From positions 439,704,001 to 439,768,000 of the forward strand of contig OZ024740.1 in assembly GCA_964016885.1 (NCBI GenBank): a DNA stretch of 64,000 nucleotides, given 5' to 3'. Position numbers and translations under genes: made by a program. The DNA is from Eledone cirrhosa. Lineage: Eukaryota. This document shows positions 24,337 through 38,200 of this stretch, piece after piece (the stretch's first letter is position 1; each line of letters begins with the position of its first letter). The notes under the pieces were generated by a model. That model worked only from the letters and a program-made list of their open reading frames with translations, was not told where the DNA came from and did no database searches.

Positions 24337-24925
24337 ACAGGGAGAACGATCAAAATGTGTTAATATAACAAGAGTGCTTAGTTGATCCATGATTCCATGA
24401 TGGAGGCAAATGGTGGACTGTCCACTAAGCACTCTTGCTATATTAACACATTTTGATCTGCTTAACGTGAACTGTGCCTGTAAATAACATTACTTTTTCT
24501 TTCACATTGACTTTTTATGCTCTACATTACGCCCGTTATTTTTTTAATTTTTTTTTTTTATTTTATTAATTTTTATTTCATTTTTTTTTTTTTTTTTAAA
24601 TTTTCACTTCATAAACCTTGTTTGTAAATAACATTATTCTTTCTGCACCTTCTCTTTAACATGTGCGACACCACCATTCTACACTAATACATATCACTCA
24701 TTTGATAATGCATAACAATGCTGAAACCGGTAATAGGCAATATTTAAATATATAAATAGATGAATAAATGCCATTGTTAAATAATAAATAAATCATTTAA
24801 TACCTTAATACTTCACACAAAGTAAAACATTTCGTTTTAATCATTTTCTAACCCAGAAAAAGAGAGAAATAAATAAAAAAATATTTTTTTCTTCCTAATA
24901 ATCGTCTCTTTCTCCCTGTTTTCAT
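24331..24925 (+). mobile_element. PLE-like pLTR element with inverted ends, an internal hairpin and a U3-A8 hammerhead (24691-24743)
   Basis: The ends atgaaaacagggagaa and ttctccctgttttcat are inverted. Hairpin at 24348-24458. Motif atatcactcat-TTGATAA-t-gcat-aaca-atgc-t-GAAA-ccg-GTA-ataggcaatat. Confidence 0.65.
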
Positions 24926-24992
24926 ATATATATATATATATATCCTAACTCGTGTGCTTCCTCTCCACATTTTATTATTATTATATATATAT

Positions 24993-25178
24993 GGGGTGGA
25001 TTGGCAGTATCGGTAGAGAGTCGGACGCCATGCTTTCCAGCATAGTTACGTCCCTTTACGGTCTGAGTTCAAATCCCGTCGAGGATTTGCCATTCATCCT
25101 TACGGGGTCGATAAAATAAAGTACCAGTAATGCACTGGGTAATTGCTGGCCTTGTGCCTAACGTAGAAACAATTATAT
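24993..25178 (+). mobile_element. Full-length tRNA-derived SINE
   Basis: ggggtggattggcagtatcggtag (A box), gagttcaaatccc (B box), catccttacggggtcgataaaataaagtaccag core, ending agaaacaattatat. Confidence 0.85.
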
Positions 25179-25244
25179 ATAGAGAGAGAGATAGATAGAT
25201 ATAGATATACAGATGCGAGAAAAACCACAAACCCTCCATCTCAA

Positions 25245-25288
25245 TTCTACTTTTGAAAAGCATAAGAACTGTGAAACCGGTAAAGGAA
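25245..25288 (+). ncRNA. Type I hammerhead with U3-A8 core
   Basis: ttctactt-TTGAAAA-gca-taagaac-tgt-GAAA-ccg-GTA-aaggaa. Same family as 4355-4397. Confidence 0.6.
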
Positions 25289-25342
25289 CCAAATAAGTAT
25301 TCTTAAAAAGACTCCATTTGCATTTTCGATTTCATCTTTTTT

Positions 25343-25417
<75 letters not shown>

Positions 25418-25420
<3 letters not shown>

Positions 25421-27143
25421 TGGGAGGGTCATGTTGCCAATAAGAAACACACGCACCAGTTGCTTTCACTTCAATTTATTATAATAAATTTATAATAAAT
25501 TTATAAATTAATAAATTTCTGGTTGGTTGGTTGGTTCCACAACCAGATAGTTGTTTATATATTGTCATAGTTCTTTCGTCACACACTCTGTGACCTCTTC
25601 AGTGACTGGGGATTCCTTTCTTTGTTTCTGTGCCTCTCCTTTGTTCTGTCTTACGCCATTTTGTTTCTGTGTGTGTGTTGTGTGCTCAGTTTGCGGATGC
25701 GCCACATCCGGGTGTCTGTGTGTGTTTATGTTCATTTATTTATTTGTTTATTTACATGTTACTGATTGGTTGTTTGTTCTATGTGTGTGTGTGTTTTCAT
25801 TTTGTCCTTAATAGTAAGTTATGATGTTGCTGTTCCACTCATATTTTCTATTTAATTTTGGTTGTAATTCTTTTATGTTTATTGCCTCTGTGATTTGTCT
25901 AAACATTGCGTCTTTTCTGTGTGTAGATTCTATTTTTATTTCTATGTTCTCTAATTTACCCTTGTGTTCTATTTTAGCATGTTGGTAGAGTACAGATGAT
26001 TATTTACTATCTTGAAGGTCTCGCCAGTGTTCATTTATCCGTTCCCCTACACTACGAGCTGTTTCACCTATGTACACTATATTTTTGTCTCTACATTGTC
26101 CTTCAGTACATCTTATGCTATACACTACATTTCTAGTTTTACAGTTAATATGGGGGCTTATTTTACAGATTATACATTTCTTATCTATACATGAGGGTCT
26201 TTGAAAATGGTATGTCTTGCTAATAAGTGTTTTTACGGAGGTACCTGGTCTTTCTACTATCTTAATATTGAGTTTATGTTTATCTAGGGCCCTTCTAAGG
26301 TTGTAAGCTAATTCACCTCTAGGAGTTGTATCGATGAACATTACACTCTGGTATTTATTGCTATCATACCATGAGTTTATTCTATTAGCCTTGTTCCTAG
26401 TTCTTTCTATTCTATTCCAAAATTTGCTCCTATACAAGGGGCAGGTCCCATTTATGTCATTATTTACCATTTTTTCCCATTTGGTTCTGGCTCCTCTATA
26501 CACTCTGATTTTATCTCTCTGATTGTAGCCAGAGAACTGCACACGGTGGATGATGTGTTGTATGTGTCTCTCTAGTTCTTCGGGGTTGCACATGCGGGAC
26601 ACGTTTCTCATCACCCGTACCAAATCCGCAATCAGTATGTTGATTTTGGTATGGTCCGAAACGGCCGAGTTTCGGTGGATCAGATGTTTGGAAGTCATGG
26701 GTTTGGCATAATGGGAATGGAGGATTTGTTTTTTGTTATTAATGGTATCTAACCAGAGCTCTGTGTCTAGTACAGGTAATCGATGGTTGGGGTGTTTACT
26801 TGGGTAGTCTATAGTAACTCTAATGCTCTGGTGGATGGAGTTAGCTATTTGCTGGATGCTTTCCATTGTGTTTTTCTCTAGTTCCTGACTGTTCTCTAGT
26901 GGGGGTGTCTTAACTACGATGTTTATATCATCAACGTAGCGGGAGTATATTATCAGGCTTAAGGGGTCTTCTAATTGTTCTTTAAGTTTAAGTTTAAGTC
27001 TACTGTCCCACCATACCATGAATAAGTTAACTATGTCGCCTGTGCGTGTGTTTCTTATTGGCAACATGACCCTCCCAAAGTATAACAATATCGGTTTCAA
27101 CACACGATTTCAGATAAAGAATCTTGCTAAACAAATTCAGAAA

Positions 27144-27145
<2 letters not shown>
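25418..27145 (-). mobile_element. 5'-truncated PLE with 3' pLTR (hammerhead at 25564-25606, minus strand) and inverted tail at 27042-27145
   Basis: 27042-27078 is the reverse complement of 25420-25456. The hammerhead reads gtca-CTGAAGA-ggtcacagagtgtgtgac-GAAA-gaa-CTA-tgac. (TA)n on both flanks. Confidence 0.85.
25808..27040 (-). pseudogene. PLE RT C-terminal half plus Cys linker plus GIY-YIG, with one premature TAA at 26000-26002
   Basis: Motifs YSRYVDDI, LPVLDT, HYAKPMTS, CIDKKCIIC and NVVYSIRC..YIGETARSVGERINEH. The same frame continues past the stop as SSVLYQHAKIEH...RQITEAINIKELQPKLNRKYEW to TAA at 25808. Confidence 0.88.
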
Positions 27146-27205
<60 letters not shown>

Positions 27206-27499
27206 TTTTTTTTTTTTTAAGAAAGAAATGTATGAAGAACATTTGTAATTTTTAGCCTGGAAAGTAGATCAAAGAAAACTGAAAGTTAAATACAGCGGTA
27301 ACTCGATATGGATCGGAATATCTTATGTTCAGTAGAAGATTGCTTTACAAATTTCGTAACACTAAAGTACATGTTTTACATGGATTTAAATAATTAAAAT
27401 ATAAACTTGGTAACATTCTAACCTACTTGACTTACACAAACACGTGTACACACAAATATATGTAGTACATGGTCCCTGTAGAGTTGATTATCTCCCACC

Positions 27500-27558
<59 letters not shown>

Positions 27559-27633
27559 AGAGTGTACGTGTATAAGTACATGTGCATGCACTGGTGATGT
27601 GAGATTTATTGTTTTTTATACAAATATATATTT

Positions 27634-27694
<61 letters not shown>

Positions 27695-27704
27695 TAACTT
27701 AGTA

Positions 27705-27830
27705 GTTAACTTTGCCTTTCATCCTGAGGAGGTCGATAAAATAAAGTACCAGTAATGCACTGGATTCGATTTAATCACCCCACTCCTCCAAAGAAAAAGA
27801 TCGTTGGTCTTGTGCCTAAATCAGAAACCA
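27705..27830 (+). mobile_element. 3' part of a SINE copy following (TAG)n
   Basis: ttaactttgcctttcatcctgaggaggtcgataaaataaagtaccagtaatgcactgg...cttgtgcctaaatcagaaac. Confidence 0.7.
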
Positions 27831-28432
27831 AAAATATCTATCTTCTTGTGTTACTCGCTGAAGTAAGAAGTAAACAAAAGTTATTTTTAAAAAAATACAT
27901 CAATCAATTTATATGAATAAAAGATTCAATTCCATCGATTGCTGCCAACCTGCAACAAATAGAAGCAAAAATATTCATATATTGTGATGTAATATCCAAC
28001 AATAAGCTTGGGTGGTCACGGCTTAAACATCTGTTAACATAGAGTGAAATACAGTATGCAGAAAAACTGTTAAGGATCAGAGGTGTTTTCAATCAGGGCT
28101 AACTTGGGATTAAACAATCACAGCATTACAATTGCATTCGTCATGCACAATCTTTGCTAATCTACCTCTATAGATTAATGTGCGAGAAGTCTGTGTTTGT
28201 GTCTCTGAATGTGTATTTTATTCTGTCTCTCCCTTACTTCATCAGTTGACGATATTCACCTTATACACCTGAGTATAGTTTCAAAAATAAATCCTGGAGT
28301 TTAATTATTCGGTAGAAATGCTTCTCGTTACAATGGAAAAAATACCACATTTACATGATTTCTTATTTATAACTCATTATTGTATCAGTTCACTGCATTA
28401 TATATTTACTTTATACCTTGCGATTCTGAAAA

Positions 28433-29185
28433 CATGCATGCTGGGTGTCAGCAGAACTGCATGGTGGGGGTCACCTCACATGTATGCTGGGTGTCACCAG
28501 AATTGAATGGTGGAGGTCAGCTCACATGTATGCTGGGTGTCACCAGAATTGCATGGTGGAGGTCACCTCACATGTATGCTGGGTGTCACCAGAATTGAAT
28601 GGTGGAGGTCACCTCACATGTATGCTGGGTGTCAGCAGAATTGCATGGTGGAGGTCACCTCACATGTATGCTGGATGTCACCAGAATTGCATGGTGGAGG
28701 TCACCTCACATGTATGCTGGGTGTCAGCAGAACTGCATGGTGGAGGTCACCTCACATGTATGCTGGGTGTCACCAGAATTGCATGGTGGAGGTTACGTCA
28801 CATGCATGCTGGATGTCACCAGACTCCATGGTGGAGGTCACCTCACATGCATGCTGGATGTCACCAGACTCCATGGTGGAGGTCACCTCACATGCATGCT
28901 GGATGTCACCAGACTCCATGGTGGAGGTCACCTCACATGCATGCTGGATGTCACCAGACTCCATGGTGGAGGTTACTTCACATGCATGCTGGACGTCACC
29001 AGACTCCACGGTGGAGGTCACCTCAAATGTATGCTGGGTGTCGCCAGAACTGCATGGTGGAGATCACTTCACATGTATGCTGGAGGTCAGTCACATGTAT
29101 ACTGGAGGTCAACTTACATGTATGCTGGCGGTCACCTCACGTGTATGCTGAGGGTCAATCACATGTAAGCTGAAGGTCATCTCGT
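28433..29185. repeat. Minisatellite of 46-bp units, then 45-bp units, then 22-23-bp monomers
   Basis: catgtatgctgggtgtcaccagaattgcatggtggaggtcacctca (46 bp), catgcatgctggatgtcaccagactccatggtggaggtcacctca (45 bp), and terminal catgtatgctggaggtcagtca-like units. Confidence 0.92.
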
Positions 29186-29297
29186 GTATGAGTACGACTA
29201 ACTTATTAGACACAGATTAAAGAACAGAAGTTACAGAGGCATAGAAAATAACAACTGCCGCGTGTGACAAGAAGGATAACTGCTATTACTAGCTGTG

Positions 29298-32200
29298 TTA
29301 TACCAACCTCCCCCAGTATTATAGCAACCTACCCCCAGTACTATACCTACCTCCCCGAGTAATATACCAACCTCCCCAAGTACTATACCAACCTCCTCCG
29401 GTACTAGACCAACCTCCCCCAGTACTATACCAACCTCCCCAGTACTATACCAACCTCCCCCAATACTATACCAACCTCGCCCAGTACTATGCCAAACTCC
29501 CCCTGTACTATACCAACCTCCCCCAGTACTGTACCAACCTCTCCCAGTACTATACCAACCTCCCCCAGTACTGTACCAACCTCCCCCAATACTATACCAA
29601 CCTCGCCCAGTACTATGCCAAACTCCCCCTGTACTATACCAACCTCCCCCAGTACTGTACCAACCTCTCCCAGTACTATAGCAACATGCCCCAGTACTAT
29701 ACCAACATCCTCCAGTACTATACCATCCTACCACGAGAACTATACCAACCTCCCCCAGTACTATACCAACCTCCCCCAGTACTATACCAACCTCCGACAG
29801 TACTATCCCAACATACCACCAGTACTATACCTACCTCCACCAGTACTATACCAACCTCCCCCAGTACTATACCAACCTCCCCCAGTACTATACCAGCCTC
29901 CCACAGTACTATACCAACCTACCACCAGTACTATACCTACCTCCACCAGTATTATACCCTCCCCCCAGTACTATGCCAACCTCGCCCAGTACTATACCAA
30001 CCTTTCCCAGTAATATACCAGCCTCCAACAGTACTATACCGAACCTAGCCCAGTACTATACCAACCTCCCACAGTAGTATACCAACCTCCCCCTGTACAA
30101 TACCAATCTCCCCCATTATTATACAAACCGCCTCCCCCCACCCCCCACTACTATACAAACCTCCCATAGTACTATACCAACCTCCCCCAGTACTATACCG
30201 ACCTACCTCAATTACTATACCTACCTCCACCAGTACTATACCAAACGTCCCCAGTAATATACCAGCCTCCGCCAGTACTATACCAACCTACCCCAGTACT
30301 ATACGAACCTCCCACAGTACTATACCAACCTCACCCAGTACTATACGAAACTCCCCCAGTACTATACAAACCTAACCAAGTACTATACCAACCTCCCCCA
30401 GTACTATACAAACCTCCCCCAGTACTATACCAACCTCCCACAGTACTATACCAACCTCCCCCAGTACTGAACCAACCTCCCACAGTACTTTACCAACCTC
30501 CCCCAGTACTATACCAACCTCCCCCAGTAATATACAAACCTCCCCCAGTACTATACCAACCTCCCACAGTACTATACCAACCTCCCCCAGTACTGTACCA
30601 ACCTACCCCAGTACTTTACCAACCTCCCCCAGTACTATACAAACCTCCCCCAGTACTATACAAACCTCCCCCAGTACTATACCAACCTCCTACAGTACTA
30701 TACCAACCTCCCCCAGTACTATACCAACCTCCCACAGTACTATACCAGCCTCACACAGTACTATACCAACCTCCCACAGTACTTTACCAACCTCCCCCAG
30801 TACTATACCAACCTCCCACAGTACTGTACCAACCTCCCACAGTACTATACCAACCTACCACAGTACTATACCAACCTCCCACAGTACTTTACCAACCTCC
30901 CCCAGTACTATACCAACCTCCCACAGTACTATACCAACCTCCCCCAGTACTATACCAACCTCCCACAGTACTGTACCAACCTCCCACAGTACTATACCAA
31001 CCTACCACAGTACTATACCAACCTCCCACAGTACTTTACCAACCTCCCCCAGTACTATACAAACCTCCCCCAGTACTATACAAACCTCCCCCAGTACTAT
31101 ACCAACCTCCCACAGTACTATACCAACCTCCCCCAGTACTATACCAACCTCCCACAGTACTGTACCAACCTCCCACAGTACTATACCAACCTACCACAGT
31201 ACTATACCAACCTCCCACAGTACTATACCAACCTCCCCCAGTACTATACCAACCTCCCACAGTACTGTACCAACCTCCCACAGTACTATACCAACCTCCC
31301 ACAGTACTGTACCAACCTCCCACAGTACTTTACCAACCTCCCACAGTAGTCTACCAACCTCCCCCAGTACTATACAAACCTCCCCCAGTACTATACAAAC
31401 CTCCCCCAGTACTATACCAACCTCCCACAGTACTATACCAACCTCCCCCAGTACTGTACCAACCTCCCACAGTACTTTACCAACCTCCCACAGTAGTCTA
31501 CCAACCTCCCCCAGTACTATACAAACCTCCCCCAGTACTATACAAACCTCCCCCAGTACTATACCAACCTCCCACAGTACTGTACCAACCTCCCACAGTA
31601 CTTTACCAACCTCCCACAGTAATATACCAACCTCCCCCAGTACTGGACCAACCTCCCACAGTACTTTACCAACCTCCCCCAGTACTATACCAACCTCCCA
31701 CAGTACTTTACCAACCTCCCCCAGTACTATACCAACCTCCCCCAGTACTATACCTACCTCCCCCAGTACTATACCAACCTCACACAGCACTTTACCAACC
31801 TCCCACAGTACCATTCCAACCTTCCCCAGTACTATACGAACCTCCGCCAGTACTATACCCCCCCCCCCCCAGTACTATACGAACCTCCGCCAGTACTATA
31901 CCAACCTCCCACAGTACTATACCAACCTCCCCCAGTACTATACCAACCTACCCCAGTATTATACCAACCTACCCCAGTACTATACCAACCTCCCACAGTA
32001 CTATACCAACCTCCCACAGTACTATACCAACCTCCCCCAGTACTACACCAACCTCCCCCAGTACTATACCAACCTACCCCAGTATTATACCAACCTACCC
32101 CAGTACTATACCAACCTCCCACAGTACTATACCAACCTTCCACAGTACTATACCAACCTACCCCAGTACTATACCAACCTCCCACAGTACTATACCACCC

Positions 32201-35200
32201 TAACACAGTACTATACCAACCTCCCCCAGTACTATACCAACCTACCCCAGTATTATACCAACCTCCCACAGTACTATACCAACCTCCCCCAGTACTATAC
32301 CAACCTACCCCAGTACTATACCAACCTACCCCAGTACTATACCAACCTCCCACAGTACTATACCAACCTCCCCCAGTAATATACCAACATACCCCAGTAC
32401 TATACCACCCTAACACAGTACTATACCAACCTCCCACAGTACTATACCAACCTCCCACAGTACTATACCAACCTCTGTCAGTACTATACCAACCTACCAC
32501 AGTATTATACCAACCTCCCCCAGTACTATACCAACCTACCCCAGTATTATACCAACCTCCCACAGTACTATACCAACCTCCCCCAGTACTATACCAACCT
32601 CCCACAGTACTATACCAACCTCCCCCAGTACTATACCATCCTACGACAGTATTATACCAACCTCCCCCAGTACTATACCAACCTACCCCAGTATTATACC
32701 AACCTCCGCCAGTACTATACCAACCTCCCACAGTACTATACCAACCTCCGCCAGTACTATACCAACCTACCACAGTATTATACCAACCTCCCCCAGTACT
32801 ATACCAACCTACCACAGTATTATACCAACCTCCCCCAGTACTATACCAACCTACCCCAGTATTATACCAACCTCCCACAGTACTACACCAACCTCCCCCA
32901 GTACTATACCAACCTCCCACAGTACTATACCAACCTCCCCCAGTACTATACCAACCTACCACAGTATTATACCAACCTCCCCCAGTACTATACCAACCTA
33001 CCCCAGTATTATACCAACCTCCCACAGTACTATACCAACCTCCCCCAGTACTATACCAACCTACCCCAGTATTATACCAACCTCCCACAGTACTATACCA
33101 ACCTCCCCCAGTACTATACCAACCTCCCCCAGTACTATACGAACCTCCGCCAGTACTATACCCCCCCCCCCAGTACTATACGAACCTCCGCCAGTACTAT
33201 ACCAACCTCCCACAGTACTATACCAACCTCCCCCAGTACTATACCAACCTACTCCAGTATTATACCAACCTACCCCAGTACTATACCAACCTCCCACAGT
33301 ACTATACCAACCTCCCACAGTACTATACCAACCTCCCCCAGTACTACACCAACCTCCCCCAGTACTATACCAACCTACCCCAGTATTATACCAACCTACC
33401 CCAGTACTATACCAACCTCCCACAGTACTATACCAACCTTCCACAGTACTATACCAACCTACCCCAGTACTATACCAACCTCCCACAGTACTATACCACC
33501 CTAACACAGTACTATACCAACCTCCCCCAGTACTATACCAACCTACCCCAGTATTATACCAACCTCCCACAGTACTATACCAACCTCCCCCAGTACTATA
33601 CCAACCTCCCACAGTACTATACCAACCTCCCCCAGTACTATACCAACCTCCCACAGTACTATACCAACCTCCCCCAGTAATATACCAACATACCCCAGTA
33701 CTATACCACCCTAACACAGTACTATACCAACCTCCCACAGTACTATACCAACCTCCCACAGTACTATACCAACCTCTGCCAGTGCTATACCAACCTACCA
33801 CAGTATTATACCAACCTCCCCCAGTACTATACCAACCTACCCCAGTATTATACCAACCTCCCACAGTACTATACCAACCTCCCCCAGTACTATGCCAACC
33901 TCCCACAGTACTATACCAACCTCCCCCAGTACTATACCAACCTACCACAGTATTATACAAACCTCCCCAAGTACTATACCAACCTACCCCAGTATTATAC
34001 CAACCTCCCCCAGTACTATACCAACCTCCCACAGTACTATACCAACCTCCCCCAGTACTATACCAACCTACCACAGTATTATACCAACCTCCCCCAGTAC
34101 TATACCAACCTCCCACAGTACTATACCAACCTCCCCCAGTACTATACCAACCTCCCACAGTACTATACCAACCTCCCCCAGTGCTATACCAACCTACCAC
34201 AGTATTATACCAACCTCCCACAGTACTATACCAACCTCCCCCAGTACTATACCAAACTACCACAGTATTATACCAACCTCCCCCAGTACTATACCAACCT
34301 ACCCCAGTATTATACCAACCTCCCACAGTACTATACCAACCTCGCCCAGTACTATACCAACCTACCACAGTATTATACCAACCTCCCCCAGTACTATACC
34401 AACCTACCCCAGTATTATACCAACCTCCCACAGTACTATACCAACCTCCCCCAGTACTATACCAACCTCCCCCAGTACTATACCAACCTACCCCAGTACT
34501 ATACCAACCTTCCACAGTACTACACCAACCTCCCACAGTACTATACCAACCTCCCCCAGTACTATACCAAACTCCCACAGTACTATACCAACCTCCCCCA
34601 GTACTATACCAACCTCCCACAGTACTATACCAACCTCCCCCAGTACTATACCAACCTCCCACAGTACTATACCAACCTCCCCCAGTAATATACCAACCTA
34701 CCCCAGTACTATACCACCCTAACACAGTACTATCCCAACCTCCCACAGTACTATACCAACCTCCCACAGTACTATACCAACCTCCCCCAGTACTATACCA
34801 ACCTACCCCAGTACTATACCAACCTACCCCAGTATTATACCAACCTACCCCAGTATTATACCAACCTCGCCCAGTATTATACCAACCTCCCACAGTACTA
34901 TACCAACCTCCCACAGTACTATACCAACCTACCCCAGTACTATACCAACCTACCCCAGTATTATACCAACCTACCCCAGTACTATACCAACCTACCCCAG
35001 TATTATACCAACCTCACCCAGTACTATACCAACCTCCCACACTACTATACCAACCTCCCACAGTACTATACCAACCTATCCCAGTACTATACCAACCTCC
35101 CACAGTACTATACCAACCTACCCCAGTACTATACCAACCTACCCCAGTATTATACCAACCTCACCCAGTACTATACCAACCTCCCACAGACTATACCAAC

Positions 35201-38200
35201 CTCCCACAGTACTATACCTACCTACCCCAGTATTATACCAACCTACCCCAGTACTATACCAACCTCCCCCAGTTCTATACCAACCTCCCCCAGTATTATA
35301 CCAACCTACCACAGTACTATACCAACCTACCCCAGTACAATACCAACCTACCCCAGTATTATACCAACCTACCCCAGTACTATACCAACCTCCCCCAGTT
35401 CTATACCAACCTCCCCCAGTATTATACCAACCTACCACAGTACTATACCAACCTACCCCAGTACAATACCAACCTACCCCGGTATTATACCAACCTACCC
35501 CAGTACTATACCAACCTCCCCCAGTACTATACCAACCTCCCCCAGTATTATACCAACCTACCACAGTACTATACCAACCTACCCCAGTATTATACCAACC
35601 TCCCACAGTACTATACCAACCTCCCCCAGTACTATATCAACCTCCCCCAGTATTATACCAACCTACCACAGTACTATACCAACCTACCCCAGTACTATAC
35701 CAACCTTCCACAGTATTATACCAACCTACCCCAGTATTATACCAACCTACCCCAGTATTATACCAACCTACCCCAGTTTTATACCAACCTACCCCAGTAC
35801 TCTACCAACCTCCCACAGTACTATACCAACCTCCCCCAGTACTATCCCAACCTACCCCAGTACTATACAAACCTCGCCCAGTAGCATACCATCCTACCCC
35901 AGTATTATACCAACCTCCCCCAGTACTATACCAAACTCCCACAGTACTATACCAACCTCCCACAGTACTATACCAACCTACCACAGTACTATACCAACCT
36001 CCCCCAGTACTATACCAACCTCCCACAGTACTATACCAAACTACCACAGTACTATACCAGCCTACCCCAGTATTATACCAGCCTACCCCAGTATTATACC
36101 AACCTACCCCAGTACTATACCAACCTCCCCCAGTACTATACCAACCTCCCCCAGTACTATACCAACCTCCCCCAGTACTGTACCAACCTCCCACAGTACT
36201 ATACCAACCTTCCACAGTACTATACCAACCTACCCCAGTACTATACCAACCTCCCACAGTACTATACCACCAACCTCCAACAGTACTATACCACCCTAAC
36301 ACAGTACTATACCAACCTCCCACAGTACTATACCAAACTACCACAGTACTATACCAACCTTCCACAGTACTATACCAACCTCCCACAGTATTATACCGAC
36401 CTCCCACAGTACTATACCAACCTCACACAGTACTATACCAACCTACCCCAGTACTATACCAACCTACCACAGTACTATAGCAACGTACCCCCCCCCCCTC
36501 TTACCCCCAGTACTATACCAACCTACCCTAGTACTATCCCAACCTACCCCAGTACTATACCAACCTCCCCCAGTACTATACCAACCTACCCCAGTACTAT
36601 ACCAACCTCCCACAGTACTATACCAACCTACCCCAGTACTATACCAACCTCGCCCAGTAGTATACCATCCTACCCCAGTATTATACCAACCTCCCCCAGT
36701 ACTATCCCAGCCTACCCCAGTACTATACCAAACTCCCACAGTACTATACCAACCTCCCACAGTGCTATACCAACCTCCCACAGTACTATACCAGCCTCAC
36801 ACAGTACTATACCAACCTACCCCAGTACTATACCAACCTCCCACAGTGCTATACCAACCTCCCACAGTACTATACCAGCCTCACACAGTACTATACCAAC
36901 CTACCACAATGCTATACCAACCTCCCACAGTACTATACCAACCTCCCCCAGTACTATACCAACCTCCCCCAGTACTATACCAACCTCCCCCAGTACTATA
37001 CCAACCTCCCCCAGTAATATACCAACCTCCCACAGTATTATACCAACCTCCCCCAGTACTATACCAACCTCCCACAGTACTATACCAACCTCCCCCAGTA
37101 CTATACCAACCTCCCCCAGTACTATACCAACCTCCCACAGTACTATACCAACCTCCCCCAGTAATATACCAACCTACCCCAGTACTATACCACCCTAACA
37201 CAGTACTATCCCAACCTCCCACAGTACTATACCAACCTCCCACAGTACTATACAAACCTCCCCCAGTACTATACCAACCTACCCCAGTACTATACCAACC
37301 TACCCCAGTATTATACCAACCTACCCCAGTATTATACCAACCTCACCCAGTATTATACCAACCTCCCACAGTACTATACCAACCTCCCACAGTACTATAC
37401 CAACCTCCCCCAGTACTATACCAACCTACCCCAGTATTATACCAACCTACCCCAGTACTATACCAACCTCCCACAGTACTATACCAACCTCCCACAGTAC
37501 TATACCAACCTCCCCCAGTACTAGACCAACCTCCCCCAGTACTATACCAACCTACCCCAGTATTATACCAACCTACCCCAGTACTATACCAACCTCCCAC
37601 AGTACTATACCAACCTTCCACAGTACTATACCAACCTACCCCAGTACTATACCAACCTCCCACAGTACTATACCACCCTAACACAGTACTATACCAACCT
37701 CCACCAGTACTATACCAACCTACCCCAGTATTATACCAACCTCCCACAGTACTATACCAACCTCCCCCAGTACTATACCAACCTACCCCAGTACTATACC
37801 AACCTCCCCCAGTACTATACCAACCTCCCACAGTACTATACCAACCTCCTCCAGTAATATACCAACATACCCCAGTACTATACCACCCTAACACAGTACT
37901 ATACCAACCTCCCACAGTACTATACCAACCTCCCACAGTACTATACCAACCTCTGCCAGTACTATACCAACCTACCACAGTATTATACCAACCTCCCCCA
38001 GTACTATACCAACCTACCCCAGTATTATACCAACCTCCCACAGTACTATACCAACCTCCCCCAGTACTATACCAACCTCCCACAGTACTATACCAACCTC
38101 CCCCAGTACTATACCAACCTACCACAGTATTATACCAACCTCCCCCAGTACTATACCAACCTACCCCAGTATTATACCAACCTCCGCCAGTACTATACCA

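Noticed and set aside
26000-26002. In-frame stop in a PLE ORF as selenocysteine recoding (Naiad-like)
   Set aside because: The stop is TAA rather than TGA and the endonuclease is C-terminal. An ordinary nonsense mutation is the simplest explanation.
28380-29173. ORFs with repeated HMYAGCHQ or MVEVTSH peptides
   Set aside because: These are translations of the 46/45-bp minisatellite, with the frame rotating from unit to unit.
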